DNA of 64,000 nt from Octopus sinensis (lineage: Eukaryota): the NCBI RefSeq assembly GCF_006345805.1, contig NC_043000.1, positions 111,228,001-111,292,000 on the forward strand, read 5' to 3'. The notes beneath the pieces were generated by a model, which was given only the letters and a program-made list of their open reading frames with translations, did not search any database and was not told the origin of the DNA. This document shows, one piece after another, positions 51,946 to 64,000 of this stretch (within the stretch, counting starts at the first letter, position 1; each line of letters begins with the position of its first letter). The position numbers and the translations under genes were made by a program.

Positions 51946-52830
51946 CTACATTATGATTTGTTGAAAATATTCATCGCATACAATTGCCTCTTCTAGCTTC
52001 TTAACTAGCTCACCCTCTACTCTGTTTCTATCTATGGCTAGTGCTTTGCTATACCTAATCTCTTCTGCTTTTATTGCTCTCTTGAGAGCAAACCACCATT
52101 TGTTGTTGATTACCAGCATCTCCTTACTGGCACCTGTGCTGGTGGCATGTGTAAAAGATTCGAGCGAGGTCGTTGCCAGTACCCCGTGCCGGTGGCATAT
52201 AAAAAGCACCCACTGTACTCTCGGAGTGGTTGGCGTTATGAAGTGCATCTAACTGTAGACACTCTGTCAGATCAAGATTGAAGCCTGGTGCAGCCATCTG
52301 GTTCACCAGCCCTCAGTCAAATCATCCAACCCATGCTAGCATGGAAAGCGGATGTTAAACGATGATGATGGCTCCTGTCAAAGCCCTCTTTACTAGTGTG
52401 CTAATCCAATCTCTGAAAACCTGTCTTGATGGGAAAGACGCATTTAGTTTCCAGTACCTGGGACCCTGCCTATGTGTTTTATCTAAGCATATATGTCACA
52501 AGTTTGTGATCCGTGTAGCTGACTATGTGGAATTGTGGACACCCTACGCTATCTCTGTCTACTGTTGTACACAGTATCCTATCTAGATATGATCTCGACG
52601 ACCCGATGCGGTTGCTCCATGTCCACGTTGGCGTACTCAGGTTGTCAAGTTGGTACCTGTCAGACCTCAGAAAAGCGTCTGAGCAGGTCTCTGAGGCATT
52701 TGCATCCCCATCTATTCCAATCTCTGCCCATGTAGTCTACATGCATGTCCAAGGTAGCATTCCCATCCCCCACTAAAAGTAAGGGACGAGACGTTCCTAG
52801 GAATACTTCTAGACATCGAAAGAAATTCAG
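51946..52830 (-). mobile_element. L1/Tx1-clade LINE endonuclease fragment, interrupted by an RTE tail at about 52105-52370
   Basis: GDGNATLD, then frameshifted TWSNR..SYLDRIL and TDHKLV motifs, followed by WWFALKRAIK. Confidence 0.65.
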
Positions 52831-52932
52831 CCGACCTGTTAAAGGCGGTGCGTAGACTGAGATTGATAGACAGACAGACAGATAGATAGATAAATAGACA
52901 GACAGATAGATAGATAAATATACAGACAGACT

Positions 52933-53010
<78 letters not shown>

Positions 53011-53052
53011 CAGACAGACGGATAGATGGTCAGATGAAATGGTATCAGGACT

Positions 53053-53066
53053 GTTGCTATGGTAAC
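53053..53066. promoter_or_regulatory. RFX X-box motif
   Basis: GTTGCTATGGTAAC fits the GTHNYY-AT-RRNAAC X-box consensus. Confidence 0.4.
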
Positions 53067-53234
53067 GGCGCTAAAGTGTTCAGAGTGAAGCCACTTGGCA
53101 CAGATTGACTTTCAAATCTATCACGTATGCACTCTAAGTTATAAATTTGTTGCTCACTTCCGTTATTTATAGCACTGCCTGGAAGAAGAGTGTGGAGAGC
53201 ATGGTTATTGCAGCCAAAAGCCAAATTGCACAAG

Positions 53235-53390
53235 TATGGAGCAAGATTTCAAGACATCCCAGAGAATGCAAAAGGGCAAGTTGCTCACTATCCCAAAAGA
53301 AGAGTTCAAGGAATGCTTCCACCCTTGGACATAATGCTCAATAAATGGTGTGGCTCCAGAAGGGGACAACTTCAAAGGAGATTAAATGCC
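53235..53390 (+). mobile_element. Mariner transposase C-terminal remnant
   Basis: Frameshifted RFQDIPENAK..LLTIPKEEFKECFHPW...VAPEGDNFKGD*, matching the mariner C-terminal CVxxxGxYFEGD. Confidence 0.7.
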
Positions 53391-54006
53391 AAACTGATTT
53401 GTGTTGTAGCTTTCTTTTCATAGCACCAGTTCTGGTACTTCTTGATCAGACCTCATGCATATACAGATATATGTATATGTATATATGTGTGTGTATATCT
53501 ATCTACCTATATCTATATATATATTCTTTTTTCACTTTTTTACATGTTTCAGTCATTTGACTGTAACCATGCTGGAGCACTGCCTTTAGTTTTAAGAAAT
53601 CAAACCCAGGACTTATTCTTTGTAAGCCTCGTACTTATTTTATCAGTTTCTTTTGCTGAACTGCTAAGTTTCTGGAACATAAATACACCAACATCGGTTG
53701 TCAAGCAATGGTGGGCAGGGACAAACAGACATAAAGACACATACTTATAAATATATGAACATACATATATATATATATATACACGACGGGCTTCTTTCAG
53801 TTTCCATCTACCAAATCCACTCGCAAGGCTTTGGTTGGTCTGAGGCCCAATTCATTTCTACAGCTGAGTGAACTGTAGCAATGTGAAATAAAGTGTCTTG
53901 CTCAAGAACACAACACGCAGCCCGGTTCGGGAATCGAACTCACAACCTCACAATTGTAAACTCTAACCACTGAGCCATGTGCCATCACACACATGCACAC
54001 ACACAT

Positions 54007-54047
<41 letters not shown>

Positions 54048-54050
54048 TAC

Positions 54051-54093
<43 letters not shown>

Positions 54094-54359
54094 GAGAGAG
54101 AGAGACAGACAGACAGAGTGCGTGTGTGTGTGTGAATGTTGTTCCTGGTTGCTTTCATGTAAAGGTTAAAATGGTTGTCAAGATTATGACAGCTGCATGG
54201 TCTTCAGACCATTGGCAGTTTTTGCTTTTTGTTTTTCCTCATTTTGGTATATTTTTCCTGTCTTGGATTCATGTCACTCAAGTGTCTCATATAATTCCAT
54301 TTATCATTTACATGTAACAAAAACATCCCTGCTGGTTCCACAAATTATTGGACCAGGTC

Positions 54360-54459
54360 NNNNNNNNNNNNNNNNNNNNNNNNNNNNNNNNNNNNNNNNN
54401 NNNNNNNNNNNNNNNNNNNNNNNNNNNNNNNNNNNNNNNNNNNNNNNNNNNNNNNNNNN
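54360..54459. other. Assembly gap (100 N)
   Basis: Run of N. Confidence 1.
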
Positions 54460-54666
54460 TGTACGAATGGGTGTATGTACGTGCTAATGAGTGTGCGTGC
54501 GGGAACGAGTACTTGCCTTCTAGTAGACAGACAATTTGGACATGCTGCCATCGCCAGGATCCTTAGCTCTAGCGATCTAAGATAACAAAAGTAATAAATG
54601 AAGATAATAAAATTAAAATTAGGGAATGGGCCTGTATTGGATTGTGTATATATATATATATATGTG

Positions 54667-54717
<51 letters not shown>

Positions 54718-55204
54718 GTGTGTATATATATATGTATGTGTATGTGTGTATGTGTAGGTATGTATAGGCACACATGTGTACGTATGTGTGTGTGTATGTA
54801 TATGTGTTTATGTATGTATGTGCACACATTTTATTTTTTTATTTTTTTATTTTTTATTTTTTATTTTTTATTTTTTATTTTTTATTTTTTATTTTTTTAT
54901 TTATCTATTCTTTCATTTATCTATTCTTTCATCTAACTTACCACTGACTCCTTGACCACTCCCCCAAGTATGATATTTTGCGCTATGCCTACCCCCAAAA
55001 AAGTCCCCCACCACCACTCCTTTAAACCTGCCTAAATGTATAAATGCTAATACAATTCTTGTTAAATAGCTTCCTGAAGATTTCTCTTGAATGAACAGTA
55101 CTAGGTCCTGTAGAAGCTCCTTCTATATTAAATTAATTAATTTTACTCTGCTATGTATTGAGTACCTTACTTACTGTGGTTAACCCCCGATCAACCCGGG
55201 ACCT

Positions 55205-55271
<67 letters not shown>

Positions 55272-55649
55272 TAACTATATATATATATACATATATATAA
55301 TATACCACACACACACAGACACATATACACACATGTATATAAACCAATATGAAATGGAGGAATTAATACTGAAGGTAAAGTAAGATTTAATTCAAACATC
55401 AGAAAGTTCAAAAGATCAAATTGACTGTCAGTTTTATCTTCCGATTCATCAGACTGTGAAACAGAAGATGAAGCTGACAGTCATTTTGATCTATTGAACA
55501 TCCCATTGTGCCTGAATTTGATGTATGCGTGTGTGTGTGTGTGTGTGTGTATGTGTGTGTGTGTGTGTGTGTACGTGTGTGTGTAAATTTCTTTCATATA
55601 GAAAAACGTTTATACAGCAAAAACCAAAGTCTTAATAAGTAGGAAGGTA

Positions 55650-56812
55650 GACAAATCACAAATCCCTTCTGGTAGATGACCCTGCTCGATCTGTAGTAGA
55701 GGCGTAGGTAGAAATTCTATAAGATGTACTCAGTGTAAGCTATGGACACATAAGAGGTGCAGCAATATCAAAGGAAGGCTAACTTGGAAGATAGTTTTTT
55801 GTGTGTGGCAAATGTTCAGGGGCAATAAACACTGAAAATGTGCAGAAAACAGTGGGGAAAAACTAAAAGTAGTTGATAGCTTCTGTTACCTAGGTGACCA
55901 AATCAGTAGTGGGGGTGGATGTTCTGAGAGTGTAGCTGCTAGAATAGCCTGGGCAAAGTTCAGAGAGCTCCTACCTCTGATGGTGACAAAGGGTCCCTCA
56001 CTCAAAGTTGGACATAAGAAGCATCAGATGTGATGTGCAAGAGAGACAACTGCACTGGCATAGTCATGTGTTGCGAATGGATAAGGACAGCTGTATGAAA
56101 AAGTGTCACACCCTAGCAGAAGAGGGAACCTGTGGAAGAGGTAGACCCAGGAAGACTTGGGATGAGGTGGTGAAGCATGACCTTCGGATATTGGACCTCA
56201 TGGAGGTGATGATGAGTGACCGATACCTTTAGAGATATGCTGTGCTTGAGAAGACCCGGCAAGCTAAGTGAGACCATAACTGTGGCCTATACCAGTGCAG
56301 CATAACCAGCCCATTTAAGAGTACCCTTCAATCATTGGGCAATAAACTTCTCTTGTGAAGACCTGTTGAGGCATGTGAAGTCGCTGTCATGGCTGATGAC
56401 AGTAACACCTGAGTGGCACCCATGCTGGTGGCACGCAAAATGCCCCATTTAAGCATGGTCGTTACCAGTGCTGGCTGTCTGGCTCTCATGCCGGTGACAC
56501 ATAAAAAGCACCATTCAAGCATGTTCAATGCCGGCACCGCCTGAGTGGCACCCGTGCCAGTGACATTTAAAAAGCACCATTCGAGCGTGGTCGATGCTAG
56601 TACCACCTGACTAGCCTAGATGCCAGTGGCACATAAAAAGCACCCACTACACTCTTGGAGTGGTTGGTATTAGGAAGGGCATCCAGCTGTAGAAACCTTA
56701 CCAGATTAGATTGGAGCCAGCGTAACCTCCTAGCTTGCCAGACTTCAGTCAAACTGTCCAACCCATGCCAGCATGGGAAGCAGATGTTAAACGATGATAA
56801 TGATGATAATGA
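55650..56812 (+). mobile_element. 5'-truncated RTE-clade LINE (ORF C-terminus, repetitive 3' UTR, (GAT)n tail)
   Basis: NSIRCTQCKLWTHKRCS, VDSFCYLGD, AWAKFRELLP, RQLHWHSHVLRM, GRGRPRKTWDEVV, then aaaagcacca modules and the aacccatgccagcatgg..aaacgatgat tail. Shorter copies of the tail occur at about 7850-8040, 10440-11000, 26790-27145, 29670-29980, 30300-30460, 36770-37200, 46780-46990, 52105-52370, 57380-57795. Confidence 0.85.
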
Positions 56813-56976
56813 TATTATTTGATAGTCAAAAAACCATTTGAAAGCTCCTTCCTGAGTCATTGGCTCATAACACCAGTTTCTTATATTCTGTGATATTCCT
56901 CCCTGGATGAGATGCCAACCCATCTCAAGATTACTCATTTTTGGACTGGAGCAACAATGATAATAATGAAATAATG

Positions 56977-57040
<64 letters not shown>

Positions 57041-57059
57041 CAACAACAACAATAATAAT

Positions 57060-57204
57060 AGTCATGAAAGAAGACGAAAAGATATATAAATACAACCCTC
57101 TTAAGTACGAAATAGCCTGGCTATGGAAAGTGAAGAAGGTGAAGATAGTGCCAATTATTGTTGGATCCTTGGAAACAGTATTAGAAGGCATCAATAAATG
57201 TTGA
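57060..57204 (+). mobile_element. Dong/R4-like restriction-like-endonuclease LINE fragment (another C-terminal piece at about 33290-33500)
   Basis: KEDEKIYKYNPLKYEIAWLWKVKKVKIVPIIVGSLETV directly after an (AAT)n tract; the 33.3-kb piece reads [12 protein letters not shown]. Confidence 0.7.
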
Positions 57205-57274
57205 CAACTCAGCACCGTCCATTGGACGTGGAGGAGACGTTTTGCTCGTATATATATATATATATACATATTAT

Positions 57275-57356
<82 letters not shown>

Positions 57357-57800
57357 AACCAATCCTATGACTGGCACCCGGCAGATGCCAGGACCCCTGG
57401 ACTGGAGATATGTAAAAAGCACTATCCGAATCGTGGCCGATGCCAGCGCCGCCTCGACTGGCTTCCGTGTCGGTGACACGTAAAAAGCACCATCCGAATC
57501 GTGGCCGAAGCCAGTGCCGCCTCGACTGGCTTCCGTGCCGGTGGCACGTAAAATGCACCAATCCGACCGTGGCCGATGCCAGCCTCGCCTGGCACCAGTG
57601 CAGGTGGTACGTAAAAAGCACCCACTACACTCACGGAGTGGTTGGCGTTAGGAAGGGCATCCAGGTGTAGAAACATTGCCAGATAAGACCGGAGCCTGGT
57701 GCAGCTTTCTGGCTTCCCAGATCCCCGGTCGAACCGTCCAACCCATGCTAGCATGGAGAACGGACGTTAAAAACGATGATGATGATGATGATGATATATA

Positions 57801-57838
<38 letters not shown>

Positions 57839-58212
57839 TTAATATATATATATATATATATTAGATAATATATAGATTAATTAATAAGGGTGAGAGAATT
57901 AGATACTAATTAATAGTATATCTATTCAACACCAAGTGGCCTAGTGCTCCGAGAAACCTGGATTATTATAATATTTATAATATATTATAATATTTTTACA
58001 AAATAAATATAAGAGAGTGGTCACTATATGGCTCACTCTAGCACCAGTTAATCCAAAAGGTTTCAACCACAAAAATACATGTTTCCCATGAAAGTCAGCT
58101 AACAATCGTACTGACTTTCATGGGAACATTATTTTTTTTTTGAAACCTTTTGGATTAACTGTGGCTAGAGTGAGCCATATAGTGACCACTCTCTTATTTT
58201 ATTTTATATTAT

Positions 58213-58292
<80 letters not shown>

Positions 58293-59197
58293 GGGTGTTT
58301 CTGGTTTTGTCCCCCTACCATCGCTTGACAACCGATAGAACAAGTACTAGGCTTACAAAGAATATGTCCTTGGGTTGATTTGCTCGATTAACGGCAGTGC
58401 TCAAGCATGGCCGCAGTCAAATGACTGAAACAAGTAAAAGAAGAAAAGCATATGTATAAAATTTTAAGTATATAATTATAATTAAGGGCGCTGGAGGACT
58501 AACGCCAATACGCTAGAAGTAGATGTCAAAAGTCTATAAAAAGAGAACAAATTTTCGAGTGGTTTGTAGACGTTTGGCATCTATTTCTGGCGTATTGGTG
58601 ATGACTCTCCAGCGCCCTTCATTATAATTATAATTATATACTTAAAAATTAATTTTACCGATATGGTGGCTTTTATAACACTAGCCACTATGATCATTTT
58701 AATGATTATATCCTCAATCTATACGCATTTATATATACACACACACACATATGTAAAAGAAAAAGAAAATTTATAAACTTCGAGAGGATGTAATTATTAT
58801 TATTATTTTTTTTTTTTTTGTGAAACAGTGAATCTCGAAGCTCTCAATAAAACTATGTAAATATTGAGTTAAAGAAAACTTCTTTGATGGAAAAGTCGAA
58901 GGCTGCTCGTGGGCCTATCTCTTATCACTTTATACGCTATTATTTATATGTTTATTTACTTCGAGATCAACTCTTACATAAAAAAAAAACAATATACATC
59001 ATAAGAGCGAAAAGAAGGGATTGAATAAACAGGGTAGAATTTATTCGCTTAATGTTAGTAATTTTAACCAACTCATGGCATTTTGTCCGTGTGTATTTGT
59101 CTCTTTGTGTGAAAGAAAAAAATGAAATAATAAGAAAAATAAGCATTAGATACATGACAGACTTTGAAAACAATCTAAAAAAGAAAATGGCAAAAGA

Positions 59198-59271
59198 AGG
59201 CTCCAGGGGGATTCGAACCCTCGACCTCCAGTTTACTAGACTGGCGCTCTAACCAACTGAGCTATGGAGCC
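59198..59271 (-). tRNA. tRNA-Thr(AGT): tRNA-Thr (anticodon AGT)
   Basis: GGCTCCATAGCTCAGTTGGTTAGAGCGCCAGTCTAGTAAACTGGAGGTCGAGGGTTCGAATCCCCCTGGAGCCT: 7-bp acceptor stem, D arm, CCAGT/ACTGG anticodon stem with CT-AGT-AA loop, GTTCGAATC T loop; TTTT terminator just downstream (59192-59195) and a TATA-like element about 30 nt upstream. Confidence 0.96.
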
Positions 59272-60238
59272 TCAGATGCTTGAAACTGTGAAAATTAAGC
59301 TATATAAAGTAACATGTGCTGTTCTGTATTGTAATGGCTACATTTTCTGTTTTAGCTTGTTATAAATGTGTGTCGGTTGTCGCTTTCGTGACGCAACCTG
59401 GCGATGTCATTCGCTTTAGTATTCATTGAAATGTTTTTTTCGTCTACAGTCACGTTCATTCTATTGAAGTTTATGGGTTGTTCCTTAAGCCATAACGTAT
59501 CATATATTTCTGATAAATTTCTACACACGCTTGCTGCTGTCGTGTTATATCATTCAGGGATTTCTTTTCTGTGTGTATAACATTGTTTGTAAGTCTCTAC
59601 ATGTGATATCGTGATATGTGTGATTGTGTGTGCCATTAGGACCAAGATGCGCAAACTAAGAAACAAAGCGAGTTCTGGAGATGAGGTATTATAAAATTCT
59701 TATCATATTTATTCCAAGTTGGTTATTCGAAAACAATAATCGGTTGATTGTGTGTGTGTGTTTTGTGTATATATGGTATAAATATATGTGTGTGTATATT
59801 TTTCACAACAAACATAGATATAAAATCAAGATTCTACACCATCTGAAAGGTTTGTGTGAGAAATTTAATCAAAAAAATGTCTTAAAGTTATGAGGAAACA
59901 AAATCGGAGATGGCTCATTTCGACAGCTATGCCTATCTATCTATCTATCTATCTTATAATATATAATATAATATATAATATATATAATAATAATAATAAA
60001 TATTAGGGATAAATCCAAATTTACAGGGAAAAATCAGATTTAGGATTAAATCGATTTATAGTAAAATATTATAAAATATTATTAGAGACAAAACCACTAT
60101 TTTGCAAAACAACAAGGAAAGACTTAATCAATACATAAAATTTAATAAATAGTGGCGGTTTTTTTGACTATTTATTAAAATTTTATGTATTGATTAAGTC
60201 TTTCTTGTTTGTTTTGCAAAATTGTTTTGTCTCTAATA

Positions 60239-60269
<31 letters not shown>

Positions 60270-60368
60270 CTAATATAATATATATATATATTATATATAT
60301 ATATATATACGAGTGTATATATGTGTATGTATATATATATATATATATATAATATATTAATATATATA

Positions 60369-60412
<44 letters not shown>

Positions 60413-60469
60413 GAGAATTTACAACAACAAAAAAAACAACAAAAGACGAAGCAGGTGGTGCAGAAAACA

Positions 60470-60790
60470 ATGTGTATGCCAGAATGGGACGACACTGCAT
60501 GGTGCCAAAGATCCCAGCAATGCCATCACGCTTCAGGACCAGTTACTGCAACAGCCTGGGTTTCAAGGGCCCACACCTTTTTAATATTCTCCCAAAGAGT
60601 CTGAGGAACTTGCACAAAGTAGATGTAGGGTTTATTTTTTTTCAATCAAAGCTAGACCTCTTCCTGTCGAGAGTCCCAGATGAACCTACATCGCGGCAAG
60701 AGGTGCAAATGAGGGTAGTTATATCAAACTCCATTCTTCACCAAGTGCCACATATTAGAGGAGGCTCTTAGTAATAACAGTGTAGCGGTG
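60470..60790 (+). mobile_element. CR1-group LINE ORF2 3' end
   Basis: RMGRHC...NSLGFKGPHLFNILPKSLRN...KLDLFLSRVPDEP...SNSILHQ is a typical CR1-group C-terminal tail. Confidence 0.8.
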
Positions 60791-60796
60791 CATCAG

Positions 60797-60835
60797 CCTC
60801 GACCTCCAGTTTACTAGGCTGGTGCTCTAACCAAC
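60797..60835 (-). pseudogene. Internal fragment of a tRNA-Thr(AGT) (D loop to T stem)
   Basis: 37/39 identical to the intact tRNA at 59198-59271; both acceptor-stem halves and the T loop are missing. Confidence 0.8.
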
Positions 60836-60839
60836 ACCC

Positions 60840-61180
60840 AACGCATGCCATCCCGTTTGAGGAGAGGATCAAGGCCGGCTCTTCCCGTGGGAAACAGGCA
60901 ATTTTCCGGTGGCAGTGCCAGTAGCCAGTCGTCGCAGCCATGTGCAAAGAAAGTACGCCAGACCAGCCTTCGTGTGGCGTTTGCCCAAACTGCTGGCACT
61001 GGTATCCGTCAGTCTATGGTGGACAGAAGGATTGTAGGCCTATTTGTCGACAACATGCTACCACTGGATGTAGCGGAGTCCCCCATGTTTGTTGGCCTGA
61101 TCGAGACGTTGAACCTCAGCAACAGGTCGATGTCCTGCCGCACCCTGGGTAGGATAACCTTAGCCAGCCATAAGTAGCTG
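60840..61180 (+). mobile_element. hAT (Ac/Tol2-like) transposase fragment
   Basis: VDRRIVGLFVDNMLPLDVAESPMFVGLIETLN...SMSCRTLGR matches the conserved block following the BED finger in hAT transposases. Confidence 0.75.
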
Positions 61181-61584
61181 TAGTAAAAGACACTTGTCCA
61201 ATATGCCACACAACTGGATTAGACCTGGACCCATACTGTGTCCACGCATTACATTAATGTCTGGGCACAGCATGGTCGAACTAGAAATGGTGTGCAAGAT
61301 ATAATAATTATAATGTAACCTAGCTACACTATGTTCGAAAAAATGAACAAGTGGTGACAGCTGGAACACTTTTAATCATAAATCTACTGATGTAGGACTG
61401 ACCTAGGGTAAACGATTGCAACTACACAGCTCTGTATAGGCGCAGGTTTCCCAATCACATGGTTCCAGGTTCACTCCCACTGCGTGACACCTTAGGCAAG
61501 CCTCGTTAACTATAGCTTCGGGTTGACCAATGCCTTGGGAGTGGATTTTGTAGGCGGAAACTGAAAGAAGCTTGTCGTAAATGT

Positions 61585-61972
61585 ATATATATTTAAAGCT
61601 GAAGTTGTCTGTGTGTGGCAGGTTTGGTAGCCTTCACATAACACTGTCTCCTCCGAGACCCTGCGGCGCAAGTTGACCAAAATTGAGAGTATGATAGAAG
61701 AATGCTAGCTCTTCTTTCTGTAGAAGAAAAAATTCAAATCGGACCATGTTAACACCAAAAATTATTTACATAAAAAACGTGCTTTTTTCTATGAAAATCC
61801 CTATTTTTTACGATTTTTTGACTGCTGTGTCGCCATTTTTCGGTGTATTTCAACCAGAAAAATGTTCACTTAAAGAGAATAACAAGCTACATAATGCAAA
61901 ATTTTTACTTTTCAAAAATTCCAATTCTAAAGGGTCGAAACAAACCCGAGCAACGCCGGGCGATACTACTAG
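61585..61972 (+). mobile_element. Non-autonomous Helitron-like element
   Basis: Ends cccgagcaacgccggg (hairpin)...CTAG; closely similar inverted copy at 20134-20528. Confidence 0.7.
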
Positions 61973-62037
61973 TATATATATAATCTACCTAAGTGGTAGA
62001 CGGAAACTGAAAGAAGCCCGTCGTATATATGTATATA

Positions 62038-62415
62038 CACTACCGTCAGAAATTAATTAGCACCCTTGATTTGCTCTTCACTCAAGGTATGTGCTGTCAC
62101 CTAGTGGCCATATCTCGAACTATTGCTTTGTTGCGAGTTCACTGTTGCGCAGAACGATGACGTAACTTTGTTTGCAGAGCAGTTTGAGAGTCTACAGCCT
62201 TATGATGTTGACATAGCAGTGCAACAACTTGGAGTGCGGATGCAGACAAATCTTCCTTTGTTTAATAGATATAGGTAGCGCCTCGCAAGGACCGAAATCA
62301 CACCATACTAAGTTTTCTCATCGCGTAAGACGTTTTGAACAGCTCATAAGGTTAATTGATTTAACCTATTTAATGTAGAAATTTGAGAAGTGCTAATTAA
62401 TTTCTGACGCAAGTG
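62038..62415. mobile_element. Tc1-type MITE
   Basis: TA-flanked TIRs cactaccgtcagaaattaattagcac / gtgctaattaatttctgacgcaagtg. Confidence 0.75.
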
Positions 62416-62470
62416 TATAGCTATATGTCTATATGTCTATCTGTCTGTATGTATATATATATATATATAC

Positions 62471-63348
62471 AACTTATAAATAAGGGAAAACGAAAAAATT
62501 TCTAATGCCAAATATGCCGAAATTAGACACATTGTCCATAACCATTATAATTTTTTCACAATACGCACGCTACTCAAAAAAGGTCGACAGAAATTTCTAA
62601 AAAATTCCATTATTACCATATCGGACCGATTTCAGAGTTAGTTCGTAAGAACCCTCCCTTCGTCAGTGATGAATGTGGCAAAGAAATAAATGAGATACTT
62701 ACTCATACCCATGGAAGAAGCAAACACTAAGTCATGAGCACAATTAAGTACCCCAAATACATCCAAAATAGAAAATTCTCCAGCCCATTTGAGACATGTG
62801 CGATTTGAACTAAGGCTCTCACAGAGTGAGAGTATCTCATTTATTTCTTTGCCTCATTCATCACTGACGAAGGGAGGGTTCTTACGAACTAACCCTGAAA
62901 TCGGTCCGATATGGTAATAATGGAATTTTTTAGAAATTTCTGTCGACCTTTTTTGAGTAGCGTGCGTATTGTGAAAAAATTATAATGGTTATGGACAATG
63001 TGTCTAATTTCGGCATATTTGGCATTAGAAATTTTTTCGTTTGCCCTTATTTATAAGTTTAACCATTAAAGGTATTTTTTAATATGCTGGCCACTGATAA
63101 AAATTTTTTTCGAAAAAATTTTATCCTACATTAAATATAAATTTAATAGTGTTCACTTCCGGACTCTCTCACTCTGTGACAGCCTCAGTTCAAATCGCAC
63201 ATGTCACAAATGGGCTGGAGAATTTTCTATTTTGGATGTACTTGGGGTACTTAATTGTGCTCATTACTTAGTGTTTGCTTCTTCCATGGGTATGAATAAG
63301 TATCTCATTTATTTCTTTGCCACATTTATCACTGACGAAGGGAGGGTT
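62471..63348. mobile_element. Penelope-like pseudo-LTR cluster (three overlapping copies, inverted and direct)
   Basis: 62471-62699 is the reverse complement of about 62831-63059; 63167-63348 is the reverse complement of about 62650-62831; all contain the CTGACGA hammerhead start. Confidence 0.65.
62860..62910 (+). ncRNA. Hammerhead-like motif in a Penelope-type pLTR (inverted copy at about 62620-62670)
   Basis: atca-CTGACGA-aggg-ag-ggttc-ttac-gaact-aa-ccct-GAAA-tcg-GTC-cgat; the first stem I pair is mismatched. Confidence 0.5.
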
Positions 63349-64000
63349 CGGATCTTTTCCTTTTGAACGGCAGTTTTCAACACAATTTCTAGTTAACTAA
63401 ACACTTTTAAACTTCGTATACTGGTAGAATGTGTCAAAATAAAACATTTTTCTCTCTTGGCTTTCTTGAGAAAATTGTAATAAGTAAGTTTAACGTAGTT
63501 TAATTTTTCGAATTTTAACCAATCCTATGCCCTCTATTGAGCTAAAATCATTTGCTGCGTCTAAAACTGAGACAACATCCTGTCACAAACCGTAACCCTA
63601 ACCCTAAATTTTAGCCTTTCGTGTTTTTTTTCTTAATTGTTAAATTAATTTAATTGTTATGCGTGTGTCTAAAATTATTCGTTTTGTTTTTGTTTTGAGT
63701 TTTTGCTTTCGTTTTAGCCTTTCGTTTTTTTTCTTAATTGTTAAATTAATTTAATTGTTATGCGTGTGTCTAAAATTATTCGTTTTGTTTTTGTTTTGAG
63801 TTTTTGCTTTCGTTTTAGCCTTTCGTTTTTTTTCTTAATTGTTAAATTAAAATTATTTTCCATTGCTTTCGTTTTAGCCTTTCGTTTTTTTTTCTTAATT
63901 GTTATCCTTAAATTAATTTAACAATTAAGGAAAAAAAACGAAAGGCTAAAATTTAGGGTTAGAGTGAGGGTTAGGGTTAGTGACAGGATGTTGTCTGCTT
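63349..64000. mobile_element. Foldback DNA element with internal inverted arms carrying TTAGGG-like units; runs off the window
   Basis: gacaacatcctgtcac..taaccctaaccctaaattttagcctttcg (63571-63621) is inverted at about 63939-63996; ~87-bp internal tandem repeat. Confidence 0.6.

Noticed and set aside
56380-57640. Repeat-spacer-like aaaagcacca arrays
   Set aside because: They belong to the RTE LINE 3' UTR, and the intervening segments are homologous to each other.

Overview
Eukaryotic, AT-rich, microsatellite- and SINE-dense DNA with one 100-N gap. The repeat families look like those of Octopus; this is an inference and was not checked by search. The main feature is a complete 12-coding-exon gene on the minus strand (ATG at 41361 to TGA at 1814; 1203 nt, 400 aa). 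All introns are GT-AG with consistent phases. It encodes a probable single-pass membrane alpha/beta-hydrolase-fold protein whose nucleophile elbow reads G-S-E-L-S instead of G-x-S-x-G. An intact tRNA-Thr(AGT) lies at 59198-59271, with a 39-nt fragment of a second copy 1.5 kb away. The rest is tRNA-derived SINEs, LINE fragments (RTE, CR1, L1/Tx1, Dong/R4, Penelope), Helitron/hAT/Tc1-mariner remnants and many foldback hairpins. The most unusual signal is a set of Penelope-type minimal hammerhead ribozyme motifs. One is an intact copy on the sense strand of intron 6. Another lies in a ~470-bp palindrome of two head-to-head units, each with a tRNA-like Pol III head and a hammerhead tail.
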